This document shows positions 38,714 to 47,645 of a stretch of DNA of 64,000 nucleotides, piece after piece. This DNA comes from Actinomycetota bacterium (GTDB lineage Bacteria; Actinomycetota; Acidimicrobiia; Acidimicrobiales; Ilumatobacteraceae): the NCBI GenBank assembly GCA_046082705.1, contig JBJTYJ010000068.1, positions 714-64,713 on the forward strand. The letters run 5' to 3'. The translations under genes and the position numbers were made by a program. The notes under the pieces were generated by a model. It was not told the DNA's origin. It did not search any database and saw nothing but the letters and a program-made list of their open reading frames with translations. How positions within the stretch are numbered: position 1 is the stretch's first letter; each line of letters opens with the position of its first letter.

Positions 38714-39182
38714 TTGCCGAGACCCAGACATCGCGAATGCCTTCGATGTCGAATGCCGAGCGTCCTTCGATCGCCATCGAAACGGTCGAAGAACCGGCGT
38801 CGGGCACGACTTCAAACGACACCCACGTGTCACGTGGCTCGTGCAAGCGCACCTCGAGTCGGTAGGGCGGGTCGTCGTCTGCCACGTCGCCCAATTCGGC
38901 GGCGGCAAGAAGGAGCAACTCGAATGCTTCGACGGGAAGTGCGTTCACCGTGAATGAGGGACGGTCGGTCCCGCGTCGTACGCGCAACGTCTCGACCTCC
39001 TGCGCTCCGGAGGAGACGTTGAGAAGGGTTTCGACGGCGCGCTCGACGGCATCGACCGCCTCGCGCGAGCCACCGTGGTCCGGATGACGCTCGAGCAGTG
39101 CGTGCCGGCGCGCCCTGCGAAGGTCGAGTGAGTCGAAACCCTCGACGAGACCGAGCAATGCAAGCGCTTCGGCACGCGTCAC
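38691..39182 (-). CDS. J-domain-like protein with an uncharacterised C-terminal domain
   Basis: LRRARRHALLERHPDHGGS contains the HPD signature of J domains. The remaining 100 aa or so match no family I recognise. Its 3' end overlaps the sua5 3' end by 23 nt. Confidence 0.6.
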   Translation of the reverse strand: MTRAEALALLGLVEGFDSLDLRRARRHALLERHPDHGGSREAVDAVERAVETLLNVSSGAQEVETLRVRRGTDRPSFTVNALPVEAFELLLLAAAELGDVADDDPPYRLEVRLHEPRDTWVSFEVVPDAGSSTVSMAIEGRSAFDIEGIRDVWVSAINASQLP

Positions 39183-39192
39183 GATGGAGTCT

Positions 39193-40005
39193 TCAGCGAC
39201 CCTTGAATTCGGGAGTCCGCTTCTCCATGAACGCAGACACTCCCTCGCGGAAATCGGCCGTCTTGAAGAGCGGTAGCAACTGTAGGAAGACGTGATGGAT
39301 GTTCTGCTCGAAGGTTTCAGTCTCGGCCGCGCGCATCATTCGCTTGATCGCACGCACCGCGAGCGGAGCGTTGGCGGTGATCTCGGTCGCCAGTGCGCGG
39401 GCGGCCGACTGCAGGTCCGCGGCCGGGTACACGTGATTGACGAGACCGAGATCGAGCGCTTCGGTGGCCGTCAGGGTGCGGCCCGTGAACGAGATCTCGG
39501 CAGCCTTGGCGTAACCCACCATGCGCGGCAGCAACCATGTTCCGCCCGATTCCGGAAGAATTCCGCGCTTGGCGAAGCCCGGATTCAACTTTGCGGTGTC
39601 GGCAGCCAGGCGGATGTCGCAGCCAAAGGCGAGATCCAAGCCGTAGCCGGCCGCCCCGCCGTTCAATGCGCACACCACCGGCGTGTCGAGGTTGTGAAGA
39701 ACCACGGGAGGAGCGGTGCGGAGATCGAACTCACCGGTCGAGGCACCGAGATCGCCCATGTTGCCGAGTGAATCCTTCGGACCAGTCATCTGGGCTGCAA
39801 GGTCGAGACCTGCACAAAACGCCCGTCCCGCGCCGGTCAGGATTGCGCAGCGCACGTTGCGGTCGCGGTCGGCCCGCAAGAGAGCCTCGGACAGCTCGTC
39901 GAGCATCGCGCTCGAAATGGTGTTCATGCGTTCGGGCGCATTCAGGGTGATCGTCGCAATGTGTTCGTCGACTTCGTAAAGGACCTCTGCTGATGACATA
40001 CGCAA
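39193..40005 (-). CDS. Enoyl-CoA hydratase/isomerase family protein
   Basis: ITLNAPERMNT and ILTGAGRAFCAGLDL (crotonase oxyanion region). Confidence 0.88.
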   Translation of the reverse strand: MRMSSAEVLYEVDEHIATITLNAPERMNTISSAMLDELSEALLRADRDRNVRCAILTGAGRAFCAGLDLAAQMTGPKDSLGNMGDLGASTGEFDLRTAPPVVLHNLDTPVVCALNGGAAGYGLDLAFGCDIRLAADTAKLNPGFAKRGILPESGGTWLLPRMVGYAKAAEISFTGRTLTATEALDLGLVNHVYPAADLQSAARALATEITANAPLAVRAIKRMMRAAETETFEQNIHHVFLQLLPLFKTADFREGVSAFMEKRTPEFKGR

Positions 40006-40033
40006 AAACTAGCCGTTCATCCGGAGAGGCCGC

Positions 40034-40996
40034 ATGTGGGAACATTGCGCCATGACGGACAAACCGCGCCCCATCGCCAACCGCGTCAGCCAACTGCTTG
40101 GGGTCGATTACCCCATCGTTCAGGCGCCCATGGGCTGGATCGCCAGATCGCAACTTGCTTCGGCGGTCTCCAATGCCGGTGCTCTTGGCATCATCGAAAC
40201 CTCGTCGGGTGATCTCGATGCGATCAAGAACGAGATTCTCGCGATGCGCAGGCTGACCACACACCCATTCGGTGTGAACATCGCCCAGTTGTTCGTGCGC
40301 GACGAGGGCATTGCCGACTTCGTCGTCGACCAGGGTGTTCGCTTCGTCACGACGTCGGCCGGGGATCCCACGAAGTACACCTCGCGTTTGAAGGCGGCCG
40401 GACTCACCGTCTTTCACGTTGTTCCCACTCTTGCGGCGGCACTGAAGGCGGTCGATGCAGGTGTCGACGGCCTGGTTGTCGAAGGTGGCGAAGGTGGCGG
40501 CTTCAAGAACCCCAAGGATGTTGCGACCATGGTGCTACTCCCGCTCGTCGCCGAGAACGTCGACGTCCCGATCATCGCTGCGGGCGGCATCACCGACGGC
40601 GCCAGCATGGCGGCCGCGTTTGCCCTGGGTGCCGAGGGCGTACAAATGGGCACACGAATGGTGTCGGCTCTTGAATCCCCCGTTCACGAGAACTGGAAGA
40701 AGTCGATCGTCGGGGCAAAGGAAACCGACACTGTCTTCCTGAACAGGTTCTCGCGTCCTGGATTGCGCGCGCTGCGGACAACTCGCACCACGGAACTCGA
40801 ACGGGCGGACCACGTCGGAATGGAACAATTCGCCAACACGACCGCGCTCTATTTCGGCGGCGACATGGAGGCGTCGATCGCCCTCACGGGTCAGGTGGCG
40901 GGTCGAATCAGCTCCGTCGAACCCGTCGCCGACATCATCGAAGGGACTGTGCGGGGCTTTTACCGGTGCGTCGAGTCCCTGCGCGCTTACGCCTGA
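40034..40996 (+). CDS. Nitronate monooxygenase (NMO/2-nitropropane dioxygenase family)
   Basis: YPIVQAPMGWIA, GALGIIE and VVEGGEGGGF. The start may instead be the ATG at 40052. Confidence 0.85.
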   Translation: MWEHCAMTDKPRPIANRVSQLLGVDYPIVQAPMGWIARSQLASAVSNAGALGIIETSSGDLDAIKNEILAMRRLTTHPFGVNIAQLFVRDEGIADFVVDQGVRFVTTSAGDPTKYTSRLKAAGLTVFHVVPTLAAALKAVDAGVDGLVVEGGEGGGFKNPKDVATMVLLPLVAENVDVPIIAAGGITDGASMAAAFALGAEGVQMGTRMVSALESPVHENWKKSIVGAKETDTVFLNRFSRPGLRALRTTRTTELERADHVGMEQFANTTALYFGGDMEASIALTGQVAGRISSVEPVADIIEGTVRGFYRCVESLRAYA

Positions 40997-41852
40997 TCCA
41001 CGCGAAGTAGACGACGTCGACGAGTGCCAACCACACGCCTGCGGCAAGGGCGATGTGAACCGCCACGAGCAACGCCGGCACATCTGCGAGGTACTGCACG
41101 TAACCAACGACGGCCTGCAACAGTGCGATCCCCATCAAACGCGAAACCCGCGCCTCGAAGGGACGGTCGCGACCCTTCGTCTTCCAGAGAAGAAGCGCGA
41201 TTGCTGCCAACGTTGCGATGACGGTACTGCCGTGCACGCGCGCGACGTCGTGGATCGAAAAGCCGAATCGAACTGCTTCTTCGTCTCCGGCATGAGGGCC
41301 GGTGGCGGTCACGACGGTTCCCGTCACGACTGCGCCCAAGCCGAGGACCGCTGCCGCAAGGATCAGTAGCACTGGCAGAGAACCGGATGACGGCGCGACG
41401 GAGTCGTCCGAATCGGCAAGCCTGTGCAGAACCAACGCATTGGCGAGAAGCACCATCGACACCAAAAAGTGCGCCATGTTGGCCCACGGGTTCAAACCCG
41501 TGAGCACCACGATTCCACCGATGACCACCTGCGCCAAGACACCGATGACAAGCCCAATCGCAAGGTTTGTGAGCGCCCGCCGGCGCGCGACGAGGCGGAC
41601 ACTCGCGAGCACGGCAAGCATCACGCTCGCAGCCACCACGCCCGTCAAGAGGCGGTTCACCTGTTCGATCGCACCGTGACCCGTCGACACGTCGATGAAG
41701 CGTTCTTCCGAACAACGTGGCCAGTCGGCACACCCCAGACCCGAACCCGTCAACCGCACAAGCGCGCCGGTAATGACGATCGTGTAGAGAGCGACGAGCG
41801 CCCCGAGGGTTATCCGCCGGTACGCGGCCGCGCTGACGATCCACTTGCGCAT
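40935..41852 (-). CDS. ctaA: Heme A synthase (COX15/CtaA family)
   Basis: ALVRLTGSGLGCADWPRC, multiple TM helices and conserved His residues. The ATG at 41852 overlaps the upstream stop by 1 nt (TGATG). Confidence 0.8.
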   Translation of the reverse strand: MRKWIVSAAAYRRITLGALVALYTIVITGALVRLTGSGLGCADWPRCSEERFIDVSTGHGAIEQVNRLLTGVVAASVMLAVLASVRLVARRRALTNLAIGLVIGVLAQVVIGGIVVLTGLNPWANMAHFLVSMVLLANALVLHRLADSDDSVAPSSGSLPVLLILAAAVLGLGAVVTGTVVTATGPHAGDEEAVRFGFSIHDVARVHGSTVIATLAAIALLLWKTKGRDRPFEARVSRLMGIALLQAVVGYVQYLADVPALLVAVHIALAAGVWLALVDVVYFAWIRRKRAGTRRTGKSPAQSLR

Positions 41853-42286
41853 CAGCGACGCCAGGAGTCCTTGCCCTTCAGGCCGTAGTTGCGAAGTATC
41901 ACCGCTCGTGTGGGGTCGACCACCAGAAAGACATGCGATGGGGCCGCCGGGCCGCCGGGCTCGAACAGGTTGCAGTCGTAGCCCATCTTGTCCCACAGCG
42001 CCTCACGTCCCGCCGTGTCGTCGATGATTCGCCCGTTCCCCCAGACAACGCAACTGTCCCAATCGGTCTCGGCCGAAACGGCGAAGTGGACGCTGACCCG
42101 GGGGTTCGAGCGCACGTTCGACACCTTCGCCTCGGGCGTGGCGAGGAAGGCAAGGATGGAGTCGCCGTGCCAGGCCGCGGCGACCGGCGATGCATACGGG
42201 GTGCCCGAAGGCGAAACGGTCGCGACCCACGCGAGAGGTCCATACCGTTTCGAATCGTTGCGGATGTCATCGAGGGTGAGTGCCAT
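41852..42286 (-). CDS. Pyridoxamine 5'-phosphate oxidase family protein
   Basis: LAWVATVSPSGTPYASPVAAAW...NPRVSVHF is a split-barrel PNPOx-like pattern. The ATG at 42286 is favoured over 42376. Confidence 0.65.
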   Translation of the reverse strand: MALTLDDIRNDSKRYGPLAWVATVSPSGTPYASPVAAAWHGDSILAFLATPEAKVSNVRSNPRVSVHFAVSAETDWDSCVVWGNGRIIDDTAGREALWDKMGYDCNLFEPGGPAAPSHVFLVVDPTRAVILRNYGLKGKDSWRR

Positions 42287-42299
42287 GCCGACCGAGACT

Positions 42300-42920
42300 A
42301 TGTTCTGCCTTGTGAAGCGACAAACCGTCGAAGAGCGACGGCAGGAAATTCTCGAGACAACCTGCAAGGTGGTCATCGAGCGCGGTTTCGCCGGGACGCG
42401 TGTGTCCGATGTCGCACGTCGTTTGGGTATTTCGACGAGTCTCGTTCACTATCACTTCGACTCGAAAGAAACGCTTCTTGCAGAGGCGTTCGCGCACTAC
42501 GCCCAAACGGCGCTGCAGGAACTCGAGGAATACGTCTACGAGGTTTCGGATCCGAACGAGCAACTGGCGCGTGCGCTCGAAGACTTCGTTCCCGAGGGAA
42601 GCGACGACCTCGAGTGGATGCTGTGGATCGATGCATGGGGCGAAGCGCTGCGGAACCCCTCGATGCGTCGGATCAGCCAAGAACTCGACGAACGTGGCGT
42701 GTCCCTCATCGAATCCATCGTCGAACGGGGCAACGCGGCGGGAGAATTCAAATGTCCCGAGCCCCGTCGCGCCGCAATGCGCTTGATGGGCCTCATCGAT
42801 GGTCTTGCCGTGCAATTTGCAGCGCATTCGGGGGTCATGACCCGCGCCGACCTCCTCGAGGCAGTGACCGGTTTGGCCACATGGGAAGTGCGGCCCGTCA
42901 GACCGCTTGTCACCTCCTGA
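42300..42920 (+). CDS. TetR/AcrR family transcriptional regulator
   Basis: RRQEILETTCKVVIERGFAGTRVSDVARRLGISTSLVHYHFDSKETLL (HTH). Start is uncertain: ATG at 42285 or 42300, or GTG around 42310. Confidence 0.85.
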   Translation: MFCLVKRQTVEERRQEILETTCKVVIERGFAGTRVSDVARRLGISTSLVHYHFDSKETLLAEAFAHYAQTALQELEEYVYEVSDPNEQLARALEDFVPEGSDDLEWMLWIDAWGEALRNPSMRRISQELDERGVSLIESIVERGNAAGEFKCPEPRRAAMRLMGLIDGLAVQFAAHSGVMTRADLLEAVTGLATWEVRPVRPLVTS

Positions 42921-43080
42921 CCTGAATCTGAACCATTTCTGACCCGAAATGACCGACCGGGGGTGGTTCTCGCCCCTAGTCGATCACGCAGAGTGGCGAA
43001 TTCCGCATTTTCCGTGAGATTTCTCTCAAGTCCTGCCCCAAGCAGCCGATGCCCCTTGTGCAACTCGCAAGGAGCACAAC

Positions 43081-44232
43081 ATGCAGGCATCACTCGGAAC
43101 GGCAATCAAGAGGATCACGGCAGGTACGGCAGTCGCCGTCGTGGCAGGTCTCTTCGCATTCGGAACTCCGTCGGTATCGGCAACCACCGGTAGCGCAGCT
43201 GCACCCGCCGCAGCACCCGCTCGCGCAGGTCTCCCCCGCTTTGGTCAGTCGGGAGACGCCGTGAAGGCACTCCAGCAGGCTCTCGTCGCCAAGGGCTTCA
43301 CCCTCGTTGGCGGCATCGACGGTGTTTTCAGCCCCCGCACGCGGGCAACACTGCGCAACTTCCAGTCGGTCGTCGGCTACCGCGCGACGGGCCGTCTCGA
43401 CGTCCGCACGGCACGACTGCTCGGCCTGGTTGCCTCGAACGTTGCCGCCACGAGCGCAACACTCGCACCGACCACGACGGCCGTCCCCGCCCCAACGACG
43501 ACTGCTCCTGCGCCGACCACGACGGTGCCCGCACCCACGGTGGCGCCGACGACGGTCGCACCCGCGCCGGCCCCAATCGCATGGGCTGTCGAGATGTTCC
43601 CCGCATTCGGTGCGCGCGGCGAGGTCGTATCGGCACTGCAGAACGTCCTCATCGGCGCCGGCGTCGAAGTCTTCGGTGGCGCGGACGGAATCTTCGGCAA
43701 CGCGACGAAGACTGCCATCTCGAAGTTCCAGGCAGCGCGCAACCTCACGGCCAACGGCGCCCTCGATGCCGCCACGGCAATCGAGCTCGGTCTTCTTCCC
43801 CGTCCGGTCCTCGCGGTCACGATTCCCGTGTTCCCGGTGCGTCCGGCGTGTTACTTCATCGACACGTGGATGGAGGCGCGCGGCCCGAGTCGCAAGCATG
43901 AAGGCGTCGACATCATCGCCAATCGTGGCCAGGAAGTCCTTGCAGTCGCCGACGGGACCATCACAAAGATGTACACCGCGGACACCGCGAAGCTGTCGGG
44001 TAACGCAGTTCGACTGACGATGGGCGACGGCACGTACTTTTTCTACGCCCACCTCGACACCTTCGCTCCCGGTGTCGCGGTCGGCACGAAGGTTGCGGCG
44101 GGCCAGGTCATCGGAACCGTTGGGTCGACCGGCGCCACCACGCCGCATCTTCACTTCGAGGTTCACCCGCAGGGTGGCGCGGCAGTCAACCCCTACCCGA
44201 TCGTGAAAGCCGTCGACGCCTGCAAGAAGTGA
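43081..44232 (+). CDS. Secreted M23 peptidoglycan endopeptidase with two PG-binding domains
   Basis: Signal peptide ending ...PSVSA. Two PG_binding_1-like repeats (GDAVKALQQALVAKGF; GEVVSALQNVLIGAGV). M23 motifs HEGVDI and HLHFEVHP. Confidence 0.88.
   Translation: MQASLGTAIKRITAGTAVAVVAGLFAFGTPSVSATTGSAAAPAAAPARAGLPRFGQSGDAVKALQQALVAKGFTLVGGIDGVFSPRTRATLRNFQSVVGYRATGRLDVRTARLLGLVASNVAATSATLAPTTTAVPAPTTTAPAPTTTVPAPTVAPTTVAPAPAPIAWAVEMFPAFGARGEVVSALQNVLIGAGVEVFGGADGIFGNATKTAISKFQAARNLTANGALDAATAIELGLLPRPVLAVTIPVFPVRPACYFIDTWMEARGPSRKHEGVDIIANRGQEVLAVADGTITKMYTADTAKLSGNAVRLTMGDGTYFFYAHLDTFAPGVAVGTKVAAGQVIGTVGSTGATTPHLHFEVHPQGGAAVNPYPIVKAVDACKK
43465..43575 (+). repeat. Degenerate tandem codon repeat encoding the Pro/Thr/Ala-rich linker (APTTT units) inside the M23 peptidase gene
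   Basis: Encodes APTTTAVPAPTTTAPAPTTTVPAPTVAPTTVAPAPAP, with repeated ccgaccacgacgg units. Confidence 0.7.
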
Positions 44233-44253
44233 GGAGCCCTCACTTGGGCACGG

Positions 44254-45345
44254 TCAGGGACGGATCTCGTAGAAAGCATTGACCGAGTGTTCGACTCCGA
44301 GCTGTCTGAACGAAGTGAAACCCGCATCGCGGGCATACGCCTCGGCGGTCGATGCCGGCAAGCCGAGTGTACCCAGGCCTTCGCCGCCCTCTTCCGACAA
44401 CGCTGAGGCCATGCATGACATCACACTGATGCCGTACATGAGCGCAGCCATCGGATTCTTCTTCACGTTTTGCTCGAGCGTCTCGAGAGCCTTGATGTCG
44501 ACCAAGAGCCAGACTCCGTCGTTGGCGAGCGATTTTCGGATGATTGAAATCATCTCGCGCGGACGCGTCATGTCGTGAATGCAATCGAACGTGGTGACGA
44601 AGCCGAACCTGCCGTCCTCGGCGATTGCCTCGTCGCGCGCATCGACGAACCGCACGTTCTTGAGGCCACGCGAAACCGCCTTTTCATTCGCGATGGCAAG
44701 TGCGTGACGAGAAATGTCGTAACCCGTGAACCTGCTTTCGGGGAACGCCTCGGCCATGGTGCACACCGCCGACCCCGCGCCGCATCCGATGTCGGCCACG
44801 TCGATGCCACGCCGCAATGCGTCGACGACACCCTCGACCGACGGGAGAACGACGGGAACCAGGTTGGCGTTGCTCCACGGCTCGAAAGACCGCTCGATGC
44901 CCACGGCGCCGTCGTGGCCGTGTGCGTCGTAGTCGAATCCACGCCCCGTCGCGAAGCACGCCGGCAGATCGGTCAGCCGTTCCATCGTTGCAGGGAGCCT
45001 GTGGAACATTCCCATGCCGAACGCCGGATGTGCGTCGTCGGCAAGTACGGCGCTGGCCTCTGGTGACAACGCGAAACGGGGTTGCAACGGGTCGCCATGG
45101 TCCGCATCGACGAGCCGCGCCGCGACCTGATTGCTCACCCATTCACGCACCCACCGTTCGTGCAGATTGCACGCCGCGGCCAATTCGCCCGACGTCATCG
45201 GAACAGAGGTGCCGGCAAGCGTTCGGTACAGCCCGAGCTTGTCACCGAGATGCACCATCCCCGCCGTGACGGCCCCCGCGAGTTGGCTGTACAAAACAAA
45301 CGAGAACATCTTCAGTTTGTCGGGATCGATTCTGGCGCTCTCCAT
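44254..45345 (-). CDS. Class I SAM-dependent methyltransferase with N-terminal winged-helix domain
   Basis: VADIGCGAGSAV (motif I). The N-terminal LGLYRTLAG...SGELAAACNLHERWVREWV resembles Rv2258c-type methyltransferases (from memory). Confidence 0.8.
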   Translation of the reverse strand: MESARIDPDKLKMFSFVLYSQLAGAVTAGMVHLGDKLGLYRTLAGTSVPMTSGELAAACNLHERWVREWVSNQVAARLVDADHGDPLQPRFALSPEASAVLADDAHPAFGMGMFHRLPATMERLTDLPACFATGRGFDYDAHGHDGAVGIERSFEPWSNANLVPVVLPSVEGVVDALRRGIDVADIGCGAGSAVCTMAEAFPESRFTGYDISRHALAIANEKAVSRGLKNVRFVDARDEAIAEDGRFGFVTTFDCIHDMTRPREMISIIRKSLANDGVWLLVDIKALETLEQNVKKNPMAALMYGISVMSCMASALSEEGGEGLGTLGLPASTAEAYARDAGFTSFRQLGVEHSVNAFYEIRP

Positions 45346-45417
45346 TCACTCAGGGTAGACGACCCTCTCCACCTACAATTTCGCAACAATCGATTCGGAA
45401 ATAGAGGGGACGTGTTT

Positions 45418-47085
45418 ATGTCGACAACTCCGTACGTGTCAGAAAGTTGGGCGACCCTGTGGGAAGCGCTCGCGGATGCCCAGCCCGACCAGATCGCGGT
45501 TGTCCTCGGGGACCAGGAGATTCGGTGGCGCGAACTCGACGACCGCGCTGCGCGACTTGCAACGGTTTTCGCGGCGAGCGGTGTGACGCAGGGTTCCCGT
45601 GTTGCGCAGTTGCTCTACAACGACGCCGCATATCTGGAAAGCGTCTATGCGCTCTTCAAGCTGCGCGCGACGCCGGTCAACGTGAACTACCGCTATCTGG
45701 TCAACGAGGTCGCGTACATCGTGAACAATTCCGAGGCCGAGGTTCTCGTGTATCACGCGTCCCTCGCCGACCGCGTCGAGGGTCTGCAAGCACTGGTTCC
45801 CAGTCTCCGCACGCTGATCTGCGTCAACGACGGTGGTACCGATCACGTGCTGCCGACCGGACACCTCGACTACTCGACCGTGGTCTCGTCCGCCGGCCGT
45901 GCCGAGCGCATCAGTCGCTCGGGCGAGGATCTGCTGTTTCTGTACACGGGTGGCACCACGGGCATGCCGAAGGGCGTGATGTGGCGACACGTCGACTTGT
46001 TCGGTGCCCTTGCCTCATCGGGCTACCAGGCTCTTGGCCTTTCACTTCCCGTCACGACCGACGAAGTCGGTGCCTACGCACGACAACTCAACAGCGAAGG
46101 CAAAAGCCCGACAAATTTGTGCGCGCCGCCGTTGATGCACGGCGTTGCGTTGTTCCTGGCTATGTCGAGCTTCGTCCTCGGTGGCAAGGTGGTCTTGTTG
46201 AAGTCACGCCGCTTCGATCCCGCGGAACTCGTCGATCTCGCGGCCAAGTATCGGGTGAACCAGATCTCGCTTGTCGGCGACGCTTTCGCCAAGCCGGTCA
46301 ACCGGTATCTCGAGGGGCTTGCATCCGATGGCGCCCCGATCCCCGACATGACGAGTGTCGTGCGCATCACCTCGTCGGGAGCGACCCTCTCGGGCGACCA
46401 GAAGTTGGGTCTGCGACGTTTCATGCCGAACGCAACGATGATCGACATGTTGGGCGCCAGCGAAGGTGGTCCTTTCGGAATCGATATGACGACGCCCGAC
46501 AAGGCTCCGCTCGACACGGCAGTCTTCATCGCGCCACCCAACGTCGTCACGTTCGATGACCAAACGTGGGAAATCATCCCGAGAGGCAGCGGTCGCGTCG
46601 GAGTGCTCGGCGCGTCCGGACCGATCCCCCAGGGTTATTTCCGTGACGCCGCGAAGTCAGCGAGCACGTTTCGCTCGTTGGACGGGGTGCGCTACAGCGT
46701 GCCTGGTGACTACGCGATCATCGATGCCGATGGAACCATGCACCTGCTCGGTCGCGGTTCGGTGTGCATCAACACGGGCGGCGAGAAGGTCTACCCCGAA
46801 GAAGTCGAAGTCGTGGCCCGCGCGGTGCCCGGCATCGCAGACTGCACCGTCGTCGGTGTGCCCGACGACAGATTCGGCAACGCGGTCGTTGCGGTTGTGT
46901 CACGCACTCCGGGCAGCGATGTCACGGCCGAGCAACTAACAGCCGAGATGCGCAAGAACCTCGCCGCGTACAAGTGCCCGAAGCACGTTGTCTTCGTCGA
47001 TGCGGTCTCCCGCAGCCCCAGCGGCAAGGCCGACTACAAGCTCACCCGCGAAACAGCGATGGAATCTCTGGGCATCGCCCGGTAA
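45418..47085 (+). CDS. Acyl-CoA synthetase (AMP-forming, FadD-like)
   Basis: LFLYTGGTTGMPKGVMW (AMP-binding motif), GDYAIIDADGTMHLLGR and PSGKADYK. ATG at 45418 with AGAGGGGA upstream. Confidence 0.88.
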   Translation: MSTTPYVSESWATLWEALADAQPDQIAVVLGDQEIRWRELDDRAARLATVFAASGVTQGSRVAQLLYNDAAYLESVYALFKLRATPVNVNYRYLVNEVAYIVNNSEAEVLVYHASLADRVEGLQALVPSLRTLICVNDGGTDHVLPTGHLDYSTVVSSAGRAERISRSGEDLLFLYTGGTTGMPKGVMWRHVDLFGALASSGYQALGLSLPVTTDEVGAYARQLNSEGKSPTNLCAPPLMHGVALFLAMSSFVLGGKVVLLKSRRFDPAELVDLAAKYRVNQISLVGDAFAKPVNRYLEGLASDGAPIPDMTSVVRITSSGATLSGDQKLGLRRFMPNATMIDMLGASEGGPFGIDMTTPDKAPLDTAVFIAPPNVVTFDDQTWEIIPRGSGRVGVLGASGPIPQGYFRDAAKSASTFRSLDGVRYSVPGDYAIIDADGTMHLLGRGSVCINTGGEKVYPEEVEVVARAVPGIADCTVVGVPDDRFGNAVVAVVSRTPGSDVTAEQLTAEMRKNLAAYKCPKHVVFVDAVSRSPSGKADYKLTRETAMESLGIAR

Positions 47086-47610
47086 CTAGAGGTTCTTGAG
47101 CACACCCGCGTCGCGCGAGCGCGTCGTGGCGGCAGCCATCTTCGCTCCGTCGTAGCCGACGCGTAGACCCGGCGTCACCTCGATGATGATGCGATCGGGA
47201 GAGTCGAGCATCTTCGCGAACTCCGCCGCGCGCTCGGGACTGGCGCCGTACAGCCGGTCGGCAAGCGCCGGGTAAAACCAGTCCTTGGTGGCTCGATCAT
47301 CGAGCACACGTGCCGTTCCCTTGTAGGTCACCGTACGGCCGCCACCCATCGCTTGGCCGGTCGAGGTGATGACGAGCGCGACACGCGGGTCGCGACGAAT
47401 CGCGGGCACGCGCTTGCGGTGTGCCGCCGAAGTCATCCAGAAAATGCCGTCCTTGCGGAAATAGCTGAGGATCGACGCCATTGGCGAACCGTCCTTGGTG
47501 GTCCAACAAAACGTCAGTTCCTTCTGCTGTTCGTGCATCAGGTCTTCGGTCTCGATATCAAGTCCGTAGACGGTGACGTCTTCGTAGTTGGTGATGAGCT
47601 TGTCGGCCAT
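47086..47610 (-). CDS. PPOX-class (probably F420-dependent) oxidoreductase family protein
   Basis: The split-barrel pattern FWMTSAAHRKRVPAIRRDPRVALV resembles the PPOX class. Its stop abuts the fadD stop with 0-nt spacing. Confidence 0.65.
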   Translation of the reverse strand: MADKLITNYEDVTVYGLDIETEDLMHEQQKELTFCWTTKDGSPMASILSYFRKDGIFWMTSAAHRKRVPAIRRDPRVALVITSTGQAMGGGRTVTYKGTARVLDDRATKDWFYPALADRLYGASPERAAEFAKMLDSPDRIIIEVTPGLRVGYDGAKMAAATTRSRDAGVLKNL

Positions 47611-47645
47611 GCGCGCCAACTTAGCAATCGTCGTGACGGCGATCT

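Noticed and set aside
42921-43080. ydaO / cyclic-di-AMP riboswitch upstream of the M23 peptidase.
   Set aside because: By eye I could not find the conserved ydaO elements (GGGGACCCA, GGGGUGAAUC, CAGCUAACC-type segments). It is kept only as a low-interest leader candidate.
43465-43575. Tandem repeats as a CRISPR-like array or VNTR.
   Set aside because: The units are short, degenerate and in frame inside the M23 peptidase gene. They simply encode a Pro/Thr/Ala linker.
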